Source of the DNA: Catajapyx aquilonaris
Taxonomy: Eukaryota
Assembly: GCA_000934665.2 (NCBI GenBank)
Contig: JYFJ02001476.1
Coordinates: 1-64,000 of the forward strand
Direction: 5' to 3'
Length of the DNA: 64,000 bases
Shown: positions 25,501 to 37,359 of the stretch, piece after piece
How the letters are laid out: the number at the start of each line of letters is the position of its first letter
Position numbering within the stretch: the stretch's first letter is position 1
Made by a program: the position numbers and the translations under genes
The notes under the pieces: model-generated
Database searches by the model: none
Seen by the model: only the letters and a program-made list of their open reading frames with translations
What the model was told of the DNA's origin: nothing

Positions 25501-28500
25501 ATTGCGGTTATTCCATCTGCATGTTGGGGGCTCCAACCCCCCGGCCCATTGTCTGATTTTCTACCCACTGAAAGACAACCTGTTGATGCTCTGGTGTGAC
25601 ATACGATGAGCGCAAAATCCCGGATCCGATTGAAGAGGATCGATAAACTGGAGGCCGCCTACACATCAGACCCCCCCTCCTGCATACATCACTTGCAGGT
25701 TATCCTACATAATAGTTACGTAACTGGTAACTGTATAATACCAAGTACCGATGAACTCCGCTGAACCCATTATAAGCTTGATATGACGGGTTCGAAGAAT
25801 AACGTGGAAAAAGTATAGGGGTTGGCTGAGAAGGGTGAAGAAATAGCATGCAATTATGGAGGACAGGTGATAAATCAAAAAATCGTGAGCTAGATTTCGG
25901 CTGACGTCACACCCCCACAGAGACTTACATGTGGTTTCCTTTTTCGAGCTGGAGGAAGGCGTTTTTTTATTGGGTTATATGCTGGCTAGTTTTTTTTGTA
26001 GGTGGAGAATATCGATTTGGCGCTTAGTTGGATTTGCCAGGAATGCCCCATCAGATATTTCTCAACAATTTTGCAAGTACAGAGAGCTATCCTTGCAGCG
26101 GTATAGGAAAATTGCATACCTGATCTTTAATTTGCCGTACTCAAACCAAGGGGTATAATAATAAACCTGGAGGATATGAGATTATCGTGATGAAACATGC
26201 AATGAAATGTGGGTGCGGTTGGCGTATGGTGGGCTTTATACCCTCCAAGCTTCCAACTGTTACAGGTGGTTAATCAACAGTTATAAAATTCATACAAATT
26301 TTTTATGGGACATGTTGGCTTTGTAACAACAGTAATGTTTTGTAAGGTGTACAGTACTGTTTAATACTGTAAGACCTTTTCTCTGGCACTGTACGTGATT
26401 CAATGGCATACTTTCACATAATAAAAGTCGGTCATCACATTTTGTAATATCCTGCTCCAGGTGCTACAGTGTCAAATTATTACAATCACGAGCACTTAAC
26501 GAGTCATCAAGCACCTCTACTTAGGAGTAACGGGCCCGTAAAACAACCATCTCGTGCAATTTTCGTGGTTCTATACCGCCAACGTTATCACACTGAGATC
26601 AAAGAGTGGCGCAATCCTTGATCTTATTGGCTAAATCTGAGCACGAGAAGAGAGTAAAGAGCAGTCTCAGGTAGTTAGCTGGTCTAATTATAACTCTTTT
26701 TTTTCTACCACCTTTTTCGCTTCAAATATGAGCAACCTAAATCAGAGAAGCTAGCTCATCGATTGTGATTGGCTGAGAGAAAATTTGCAGTCTGCGCGAC
26801 GACTCCTTTACTAATTGATATACCCTTCCAGGAATAGTCGAGACTATAGACAAAGAAAGGGCTCCTCTCTTTGTCAAGGGAGGGAGTTCCATTGCCTTCA
26901 AAACAATTACAACTACTTTTTTTTGTCCATAATGGAATCTCAGACCTACCTCTCTCTGAGTATTATTAGTCTTGTTCCAAGTGTCTCATATCGATCTAGA
27001 AATCTTGTCAGTCGGTATTGTCCATTCCGCCGAAATTCTTTCAGGCGATTATTTTTATTTGCTCTACTGTTACCAGAACGGCCTATACTATCACAACAAT
27101 CCGTCTTACAGCTGCCTAACAATCAGACTAAAATTGCCTTTCCAGAACGCCATTAGGATGAACTAACCTCGGCTGAATACAACTCGGCTAAAACACCTCC
27201 AAAGAGGGTTAAGCTAGACTTGACTGATTGAAAGGCTTGTATTATATGTCTGCTAAATCAATTCCGGCGCTTTGGTTTTGCCCATTTTTTTCTCTCATTC
27301 TATCTCGGGTGAGGTCGTACCCGGAATTCCGATTATCAGTAATGGGGGGGGGGGGGGGGNGGGGCAAGGGAAGAATGGCATGGCTCCCAAAGAGAATAGC
27401 ATTCTGGGAGTAGAAGTTGTATGGAGATACGGATGGGTGCAGAGACCTGAGGCCACTCGCTGCATATTTAATGAGGGTTTTCATTCCCTCCAGTGCAAAA
27501 GGAGAGGCGGTTCCTGCCACTGTTTGAAGAGGCAAATGGAGCTGGATCCCAAGGCAATTCCGGCCTCCAGTTACTTCCTTTCCGCCATTTCATCACTATA
27601 AAACCTTTCTTCCATCTCATTTGCTGCAGATTCAGTTCCATACGTGCAAGCGGATGTGGGTTGCAGGACTCACCTGGTAAAGGGCATTGAATCAAGCTAA
27701 ATTAGGTTTAGTAAGGTACACGAGATTGAAAAATGCCTGCCCGTAATCTTATACGCAGCCACTTCCGCATGCAGTTGCCTCACTAATTTTCATTACGCTT
27801 CCTCTAGCGAAAGCCAATTGAACGCAAAACGAAGATGTATTACTCTTCATCCATAATTAAGGGAGGGAGTCTCCGGCAATCCATATATTTCACACACTTT
27901 TGCAATCCGGAATTCTGTTGATAAACTTCTTCCTATCTACAGCAAGCATTATTGAATACCTCAGCGCCTCAGTGTAGAATTTCATTTGAGTCCGAAACTT
28001 TATCAATCATTCTGAACTGCTGGTGCACTATTTGCCTCTGAGATGATATTCAGAAAAAAAGTTGGGTTTCCGGGCTCGTTTTAGAATGTTAACTCCCACA
28101 TGCGGATCCTGTACTTGGTATGGAAATATTTAACTCAGGGTAATATGGCAGCTACAGTACTTCGAGTCGCGTTTTTCTTGAGCATTCAGAATTTCTTGAT
28201 GTTATACTGTAACAAAACGTAAATAAATAATTAAGGTTCGTCCATAAAGTACTGTAGGCCCTACTATCCTGCTGAGCTTCAGTTTTCTTAACTCGTCATA
28301 TCAAATGCTGTCTAAAAGTGCATAATATACGATACGCATCAATTCCTGTTTCACTTCTGCTTTCTCGTTCTCCCAAAGAAAAAGTGACTCCTTTTTGTAT
28401 TCATGTAATGTAGTATACATAACTGGGAGTTCGGAGATAGATTCAGGACAGAGTATTACCTGTAAGAGTCAGAGTAAATAAATGATGTGAATGCGAAAGC

Positions 28501-31500
28501 ACGTAGGAGGGTAAATACGCTGGAAAGCACATAGACTCCTATAGGGAAATTCTTAAAGAACATTGTTTATAAGCCCTCACTGAACTTTCTGAAAATATGT
28601 GAGTGCACGTTTATCATTTCTGTACACTTTTAAGCCGGCAAGATGTCATTGCTTTGTCGAATGTCATCCCCTACTCATAAGCAGCGTGGCGTACAGTACA
28701 TTACGGAATATACTTCAATACATAAAAGTATACTGTATACTCAAGGAATTAGGTGATTGTTGAAAATCACAAAATGCAATAGTCTTCTAGGATTCTAAAT
28801 CAAATGACAGCGACTGAATCGGGAATGAACCTGCTTATTTTTCAATATGCTGGGGAACCGATGGTATAGGCCTGCCAAAATATTGTGATTCCCAAGAGCA
28901 ACACAGAACTATTCATGTCCATTTTTTCTATTCCACATTCTGATCCATATATTGCGATCGTATGCATCAGAAACTTCGCACTTATTAAACTTGGACATCC
29001 CACATTAGGCCTCATTCAAAATTGAAAGAGTCCAATAAGACAAACCACAAAATGATTTAAAATGATTGATCACTAGAAACATTACGAAGACAACGACGAA
29101 CCGTTTCCCAAGTTTAGTGTCACAAAGGACTGCTAAGTGCTAAGTTTAAGTAAACTTAGATTCTATCACTGTACAAACTGTTTAGTCCACCAACAAAATT
29201 GTACAAGGCAGTTTCAATTCATATTTTAGAATGACCCTTTGAAAAGCACTTTCACGATTAAAACCCAGGTATATAGAACCAATCCTACAACTGTCTCCGT
29301 TAATATTCCTTAAACGGAGATAACCCTGCGTGACTTGCTTCCTTGTATTGTAGCTTAACCTGTAGAACAACAACATATACGTAGATGAAATGATAGAAAT
29401 ACTAAGTTTACTGCAGGTCCACGCATTTTTAAATTCTCAGGCCCGGTTTCATAAATTCCAGTTCAGTTAACATCTCACATTATGCGTTACGAATACCTCT
29501 GCATAATAGGAGAAATTCCCTTAATTTTCGGTTATAGCCTACATTGTACAACGGAATTTCAGGCCGATTTGCACCATCGCCGGCCGCCGCTCTCGGCATA
29601 CCGCTCGCTATTAATTTTTCGGTAACAATTAACCACACATCACCTTTTAATATCATCCAAACTCTCCAATTCCGCGTTGCAACCCGGCCTTAGTGATAAT
29701 TAAGTACGCATGCAACAAACGAGCACCAACATCAAACGCATCTGTCTGTAACAACACAGCAAAACCCTAACATTTCACTCCCTCATATACACATTTTTCA
29801 AATATTGTCCACGCCATAGCAGGCCAATCCTGCCCACAACTCCACAAGTGAAAAAAAACAATAATAAGTCATGTCCCACATTGCCAAAATGTATGGACCG
29901 TATGGAACTCTCATATCCCCCAAACAATGCAACGTGCGGCATGTGCAATACCGAGGAGCAGCAACCTGTGGAAGGAGAACCTACCGGTGCGTCGTCACTT
30001 GGGTTGATCGATGCAATTGGAAGGGGCTGATGGTGCCTTATCGTTCTCTTCCGCCTCCTCGTGCTGGCCTCCGAGGAGAGGAAGAGGTATCTGGAAGCCT
30101 CTCCATAGGACGTCCTATTCCTCTTCCTGCGACACACACTTCACTTGTGGCCTCTTTATGCTCCCCCACCTTCCCTTTTGCACAACCCCCCCCCCCCCTC
30201 TACAATCTTCCTGGNTCCTGGATGACATGTACGCAGGCGTGGCTCTTGCTCCTTTTGCCTGCCCACCAATCACATTCTGCATGCATTAGCCGGCCGATTC
30301 ATTATCATTTGGCCGCCGGCATACAGGATCATTTTACTGGCATCCCCATTTATTACCAGACATCCTCCGTTTGTAATGTCTGTCAAGCTTTCAAGTCGTG
30401 CTTTGCAAGTGCTCTTACATTTCAATATTCTGATGGGGAGGGTTTAATGAGTTAAGTGGGCACATATGACATAGCAATGTGTTATGTGAAGGTGACAACT
30501 CGCGAAAAGGCCATATCATGTTACATATTTCATGTTTTTACACTTGACCTTAACCTTAATGTGACTGGCTGGAAAATTCGTGACTACAAATTAATGAGTA
30601 CAGATGATGGTGTTTGTAATATGGGAAATTAAAAATGTGAATGTCGAATAAAGAATTCGACGGAAGTAGGGAGGATGCAGGCTTGGCATATTCAAATTAC
30701 ATTCTGAAATAAACTTCATGCAAAGAATTATCTCAAGCAATATGGCGCCGAAAAATTGATGAAAATGTCGGTTTTTTTCAGACACAACGAAATTGCTTAA
30801 TGAAGTGTTACATACATAGCCACGTGTAAAAACGTAATTGGCGACAAGGAGTGTATTTCAATTCCACCAATTTCCTTAATTTTTTTAAAAAAATATGCCG
30901 TTGACAATTGGCGACATTTGATTTTTCCACGTAGACACTGACAAAGTGTGCCAGGTTTTTAAAAAAATTTCATACATTTAGTTTCTGGGGACATAATGAA
31001 AATTGCCAATTTAGCATGAATTTTACACTGAAGTCAAATATTCAGTGGTGCTGGTTGGATATACTCGAAATGATTATCGTAATTTTGAATTAGATCCTAA
31101 CTGCATAGCTACTACCCGCAAACTGCATATTTCATATATTAAAGTAGAAAATTAATACTACTGTAACTCTGCCACTTTCATTGTACGACCAGAAAGGCAG
31201 AAAGAAATACAACCCTCTTAGCAAATCGCTACTTATTTAGAATGCTTGCAACAGTTCCAGAATGAAAATATATGGATCAGAATCGCATTTGTTTCCAAAT
31301 ACATATTCACAACTGATAAGATTAGAGAAATAATTTTTTCAATAAAATTAGTATTAGGTTTCACTATTATGTGGCTAAGTCAGTTCCAAGATATGTCTTT
31401 CCTCCCCGAATCTACATCAATAAACAGTTTTTTATAGGCTGGCCACCAATGAAAGAGAGTATCATTTTATAGCTCCGATTGTAAACATAGGTTCAGTCCA

Positions 31501-32400
31501 TCTCTGTCTTCCAAGGAGGGGACGAGAGTCAAAGCGGTGGATGGTGATGAACGTAGCCTATATTACATTCACGAGTTTTCCTCTCCTCACGGCAAATACA
31601 TAGACAGCGCATAGTGATGCTTTCAGCTAGTGCTGCAGTGAAATCATATCAGACTGTTCTCTCCTATAGGCCCATCTCCTGAGTAATTTTTCTCGGGAAT
31701 TAAAAGAATTTCATGATTATGGGAGCATAATTATATTCGACTTCCACACCGTTGTACGCCTTTTACGATTTATTAGGTGTCTGTAAGTCTGCAAGCACTG
31801 ATTCAAGCTTTACCACACGATCTAGGATAGCGCCCCGAAATTAGCCGGGAATTACGTTAGTGACTGTGATATACGTGGGCCCTTCCAAAATGATGCCAAT
31901 CCCAGTGCAATGTGATATATGAAGATGACATAACAAAATTAATGTCGGTGTCATATACTTGCCTCATTTTTTAGCGCAACCCCACACCACCCTATGTCCA
32001 AACACGGTAGCAAAGGCGACGTCGACGATCCGTTCCCACATGGCCACATAGTAGGGCCTACCCCATCTCATGTTATCATCATATGTTTACCAGAGTCCTG
32101 CCCTATCTTATGTGCGAACCCTGCCACACCTAATATCTTGGGGAAAGCACTTTTCGTATAATTATGATGGCTAATAAATGAGAAAACGGATAAAGCACCA
32201 TCAACAAGAACTTGGAAGTCGTGAATGGTGTGACAAAGTAGATCAGACAGGCCGTACATGACACCTGTGGGCAAGAGGCCAACTTCAACGAACTTACCGG
32301 CATCTCTGTGGTGTCTCCTAGTGGACAGCCCGCAAATTCTGCAAATCTTGCAGACGTGCTCCACCTGCCCGCAGACTTGACAACTTCATCCTTAACAACA
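19600..32400 (-). pseudogene. Possible heavily decayed ABCA transporter pseudogene (scattered colinear fragments)
   Basis: Weak minus-strand resemblances in ABCA order: FVEVGLLP (~32.3k), YNYAP (~31.7k), EMEERFY..LEAGIAL (~27.6k), DGAFLA/IQ (~26.0k), ASLGSLLSFAGFL (~24.3k), LLYRII...AAVYP (~23.1k), LSEKGDLLAR..RPTLVFLAEETS (Walker-B-like, ~21.7k). Stops and frameshifts are present; boundaries are approximate. Confidence 0.3.
22287..22606. mobile_element. MITE / internally deleted derivative of the Galileo-like P-superfamily element at 32478-36963
   Basis: ~110-bp near-perfect inverted arms (TTATCGCCTGCCGG...TACGCTGAACT and reverse complement) with CACT...AGTG termini. The arms are near-identical to the TIRs at 32478-32640 and 36827-36963. 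Confidence 0.85.
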
Positions 32401-32445
32401 ATCCCAACAATCATACCAGAAAATGTGTATGTGAATATAGCCGTG

Positions 32446-32475
32446 ATTATTATTATTATTATTATTATTATTATT
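32446..32475. repeat. (ATT)n microsatellite abutting the left end of the P-like element
   Basis: Directly visible ATT run. Confidence 0.9.
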
Positions 32476-33449
32476 TGCACTACCCCTATAATCTTATCTT
32501 ATCGCCTGACTTTTGCATGAGGTGCTCACTTGAGAGCGCCATGAGACCGCCTTTCATGCTACATTACGTGGCGCCGGCGCTCCTACAACACCGCGCTGAA
32601 CTTAGGTACAAGAGAAGCGATTCGAGTCGATGCCATCGATCGAGGCACCTATCCTCACGTATAACATCATCGAAGCCTGCCAAAGCGCTAATTCAAATCT
32701 TGTCTTTATTCCAGCAAGGCCATGACACGTCAAACCTAAGACCGTGCTTCAAACAATAAATAGCACCCAATACAAACCACTCGCATTCAAATCTGGGCCA
32801 CTAGAACTTGTAATACTTACTGGCCGCACTCATTTCCCCAAACGGAGCAATGCCCATGTCTGGGTTCTGATCCGTATCTCTTCCTCTGTGAGGTGTACTA
32901 CACAGGTCCTCAGAATATCAGTATCAGTCGGTATACTGTCATCTGGTGCAAGCTACAAGTCACAGTTGATGCCCATTCTGCGGTTATACATACTGTACCT
33001 CAAAGGAGGAGATACGGATTCTTACATTTGCTTTGCAGATAGTCCACTTTATTTCCAACTGATGATTAAGTCAGCAAGAACACTGCAACAAATATGCCCA
33101 AGAAACAACGATGATACGAAAATATGATCTGCAAAAAAAACACCAACAAACTACAGGAAAAAAACCCATTCTTCATAGAAATCAAGTATGTAAGTTATCT
33201 CGGGAAATTGAAGGGTTAAATGCAATAAGGGTTTAAGTCCACTTTGAGGGCAAATTGAGATTTCAGGCACAAGGTGTAGAAAAAAATAATTACGCATCAA
33301 TATTATTATGTAAGAAGGGTTCACGTACCTAGAATAGCAGGCGAGATATGCCCACATGCAATATATTCTTTTGTGCAACAAACAGGCTCGTCCATGGACG
33401 TGCATCGTTTCTACATTAACTTGCTTTCAACATCATTTTATAAGGATAC

Positions 33450-34047
33450 AAGTCCGGCTGACGTGTACACGTAGCCCGTAACATAATACAATGCACAGTC
33501 AATTACAGGTGCAGAGTTGTAATCATGTTGCACTATGGCAGTGAACTCTCACGCCGTTGTCTCGATAAGTTCTGTGGATTTTACCTTCAATGCTTCAACA
33601 GCTGACGGTTCAGGAGTGCACGAGAATATTTCCTGCAAATCACTCCTTTAATCAGAGGTTCTGTTGGTATGCCATCGTTTGCACTGCAGTTGCCAAAGCT
33701 TGTAAAGCTGCAGAAATGTTGGCGTCGCTGGATGATCTTTGGATCCTGCTGCCAGCCTGATTATACCAAAGAAACGCTGAAACAGACACATGATTTATTC
33801 TCAAGACTATGGATAGCACGAAATTGCTTGTCTTACCTCCAAGGTATCTTGGTTCAGCTTTCCCGTCAGCACATATTTGAACCCACACTTGTCCACGAGG
33901 TACTGGCATATTCCAATGGTCGACTGCTAAGTTACTCGCAGACCTTCTGCAGTACTTGAAGTCAAGAATTAGTCTTGAGCTATGTGGCCTTCCTGGAGTC
34001 CCTCCTCCCAGTCATTGAGCCAATGACAAGTTTTTTTTTTGCAACAC
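33450..34047 (-). pseudogene. P-element/THAP9-type transposase C-terminal remnant with in-frame stops
   Basis: WLNDWEE..D*FLTSSTAEGLRVT*QST...LNQDTLE ends at 33837; a 60-nt GT-AG intron (33836-33777) is followed by RFFGIIR..DHP.TPTFLQLYKL. This matches the LNQDxLExxFGxIR motif around the last catalytic Glu. Confidence 0.85.
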
Positions 34048-34297
34048 CTGCAGTCATGATAGATTAAGGTTTAAGGACCTACATGGTCTGGAATAACCCC
34101 ATTAATATCTGACTAAGACTTGCCATCCATGAGGCCATCTTCAGTGATGTTTTGCAAACTCCTTCCTGCAGTTCTCTCACTTTCATTAGTGTTTGTACCA
34201 TGCTTGCCTGATATCTGTGTGTTATTGGTGTGTCAGCAACGTAATCAGCAACAGATGTCCCTTCAGGACTTGACACAGTCCTTTCTGCCAACCATTC

Positions 34298-36706
34298 TTA
34301 TGCCAGTTGTGTGTCCCTTACGCTTTTACATCTCACACACATTCCTTTATGATCTAATACAAGATCACAGTTCTTGTGTCGTACGTTTCCTTGGCAGTCC
34401 ACGAATGCTGAAGCAGTACATGCTGTGCGGATATGATCTGCTCGCAACCTGCTACCTTCACATACTGTGGCTCTGTCCAATTCAAATAATAAGTCTTCCA
34501 GGTGCTTCACGGCTTTAAGCCCGTCATGGGGTAAGCGTAGCTTTTCCATATCAAGTGGCATACCCACAACACTACATGCAATTATTCCATTTTCATCAAT
34601 TGATATGCTCTTATAGAAAACAGGTTCAATCTTATGATTCCCTTCTGTTTCACTTACGAACTGAGAGTAGCACACCATGAGACGGCCTGTCAATGGAACT
34701 ATGCGATTCCAGTTGGGAGGAAGTGTAACAATTTCAGAGTTTTTGTAGAGGTTCATTAATGTCTTTAAGTTTTTCAATACACACTTTGAAGCGTGTGTTG
34801 AAATCTGAGCTGCCATTGCCTCTTGCCCCACGGCGGAAGAGTCTTGCGAAGCGCAGACAGAGGTGAAAAAAGTAATGTCTTGAACCGAGTCGTCACCACA
34901 CATTTGTTCTTCACTGTCAGATGTGTGATGTGGCGATGACAATGCTGAAGTATCACTTGGGAGATGGTCAGGTTGGATTGATGGTTGGGTAACCATGCCA
35001 TTGCCAGACATTTCACGGTGTGGCAAATTGCCATGATCAATAATGACACTGCGTGCTTGATGATCTTCATCCACCCTGCCTTCTTCTGCTGATGCACTTT
35101 GCACTTCATCGTCTACTCTTTGTTTCTTCATATACGTGTGATCAGCAGGTGAGTGTGGAGCGTTGCATCGCTTCATTTTTCTAGAGGCAGGAGTATTCAT
35201 TAATGTCTTTAAGTTTTTCAATACACACTTTGAAGCGTGTGCTGAAATCTGAGCTGCCATTGCCTCTTGCCCCAGGGCGGAAGAGTCTTGCGAAGCGCAG
35301 ACAGGGGTGAAAAAAGTAATGTCTTGAACCGAGTCGTCACCACATATTTGTTCTTCACTGTCAGATGTGTGATGTGGCGATGACAATGCTGAAGTATCAC
35401 TTGGGAGATGGTCAGGTTGGATTGATGGTTGGGTAACCATGCCATTGCCAGACATTTCACGGTGTGGCAAATTGCCATGATCAATAATGACACTGCGTGC
35501 TTGATGATCTTCATCCACCCTGCCTTCTTCTGCTGATGCACTTTGCACTTCATCGTCTACTCTTTGTTTCTTCATATACGTGTGATCAGCAGGTGAGTGT
35601 GGAGCGTTGCATCGCTTCATTTTTCTAGAAGCAGGAGTATTACAAAGCTCCAGCCGTAGCTGGGGCAGAGCACCATGTTTTAGTCGAAGTCTGCTGCAGG
35701 CAATCTGGAGGAAAAAAATAATAACCATGTCAAGAAGGGTATACTCTACAAGTACAAAGACAGCCTTCAGTGAATTACCAAGAATGTACTGGTGTATAAA
35801 AAAAGGACACCTTTCAGTTTCCTGATATCCATTCTGGTTTTTTTTTTTTTTTTTTTCAGGAAAATACCTCTCTTTTGTCATTCAGTCACAGCAACAGACA
35901 TATGATAATGCACTTCTGGAATGATTCTGCTGTTGGCACTGGTTCCTCCTTCTGCTGCATGATGTACTATTAACTGCAAAAGTAATGTTGCACTGTTACG
36001 TGATGACGTCCACGACTTGTTGCTTAGCATGGGTGTTAGCATGGGCAACGACCATGCTGAATAACAAGTCGCGGACGTCATCACGTAACAATGCAATCAT
36101 ACTTTGTGGTTCATAGTATACATTTAAAAAGTGACAGGTTCTTTAATGACAGAAGGGAGAGCTCCATGAAGAATTCATGGTTGGTATCAGGACGGGTAAA
36201 AGTACCGAAAATAGTTACCATGGCTTGCAGGTGTCCAATTTTGTGACCATTTTTCAATGAAGGGATTTGGTAAACCATGTTACATTCAGAGTGCATTTAT
36301 TTATTATCGCACATTTCACTCCGGACTAAAATGATAGTCTACGGTACTCTACTCCATCAAATTTTCATTCATCAACTAGCTTGGCCAGGGAGCATACATA
36401 CATCCAAACATTTTGTTAATTACCTTATTCTTATTCTTTTGCGGTGGCCCAATTTTTTTGGTATGCGGCTTGTAATTACCCAATGATTATACTAACCTCG
36501 GCCACAACCACGCCTTCACGATTCCGGAAAATTTTTTTCCTTTGAATGTCCTCCTCGTGGAAGTGAATTTCGCACAGCCGATGGTCTCCATTCAACTCTA
36601 TGTGAGGTAGCATTTCTTCCCACATGCGAAATGTGTCTGGATCGGACGGCACCCTAAAGAATGGTGCGTCCCTCCTACATCCGCATACTACACAATAGCG
36701 CGACAT
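34298..36706 (-). CDS. THAP-domain protein (truncated transposase N-terminus); exons 36706-36497 and 35704-34298, ~538 aa
   Basis: Exon 1 MSRYCVVCGC...FFRVPSDP...W...RLCEIHFHEEDI is a C2CH THAP finger. A phase-0 GT-AG splice joins it to IACSRLRLKHGALPQL (AVPTIF-box equivalent); the frame stays open to TAA at 34298 and ends in RHKNC...CVRC. Confidence 0.7.
34752..35639. repeat. Direct tandem duplication, 2 x 444 bp (34752-35195, 35196-35639), in frame
   Basis: A 148-aa block NTPASRKMKR...LKNLKTLM occurs twice in the 527-aa ORF; about five substitutions are visible between copies. Confidence 0.95.
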
Positions 36707-36970
36707 GGTGGTCCCTGTGTTGGCCACGCGTCTTTAAACAGCTGCCCCGGGGCCCGGGTCTTGAGAACGTGAGCTCCTGTTCTGGATCGTGTGGTTCTGG
36801 ATTTTGTTCTGGACGGGATCTCATTTATCGATGGCATCGACTCGAATCGCTTCTCTTCTACCTTAGTTCAGCGTAGTCCGGTAGGGTCGCCACATAATGT
36901 AGCAGTGAAAGGCCGTCTCATGGCGCCACGTGAGCACCTCATCCTAGGCATTAAGAGGGAGTGACCAGAC

Positions 36971-37114
36971 CTTATGATTGTGGGTCTGGCCAGCTGTCCG
37001 CCAATCCCCAGCTAGGAGCTCCAACATGGCGGCCTCCATGAGTGCCTCACAGGTTGCCAGGTTCTGCCGCTGCAGCGCCTGAGCGAGAGGGGAAGAGGGT
37101 GGTGGAGTGGCCAT
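36971..37114 (-). other. Candidate first coding exon of an unidentified gene, divergent from PPM1G
   Basis: ATG at 37114 gives MATPPPSSPLAQALQRQNLATCEALMEAAMLELLAGDWRTAGQTHNHK, ending at an AAG|GT donor in phase 0, in a GC-rich promoter-proximal region. No homology recognised. Confidence 0.3.
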
Positions 37115-37359
37115 TGGAGGTGGAGGGGGGCAGGTGGCAGAGCGCGGCCGAATTCCCACCTGGCACCACTGCTTGTCTTCTTCCCTCTCCGCACGATCCA
37201 AGATGGACGCCGCGTTCTATTAGCCGAACAACGCCGTTTCCCCTCTTTTTTGTTGTTCATTTCTTTTCGTTGCCGTTTTTAACCAAAAGGCTGGTGCGAT
37301 CCGCCTCTGGCCCAGACCCCCGTTTGGCCCCTGCCTGCCTCCCGACGCCCTAGTCGACA

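Larger units (their letters stand above)
32478..36963 (-). mobile_element. Defective P-superfamily (Galileo-like, long-TIR) DNA transposon
   Basis: Imperfect TIRs at 32478-32640 and 36827-36963 starting CACT; THAP exon; P-transposase C-terminal motifs FLTSSTAEGLRVT*QSTIGICQYLVDKCGFKYVLTGKLNQDTLE | RFFGIIRLAAGSKDHP and YYVTGYV. No matching TSD. Confidence 0.9.

Noticed and set aside
27343..27364. Long G run with an N (also an N at 30215 after a C run)
   Set aside because: Probably a sequencing or assembly ambiguity at homopolymers.
29775..30455. Overlapping 60-194-aa ORFs
   Set aside because: No recognisable domain or consistent splice structure.
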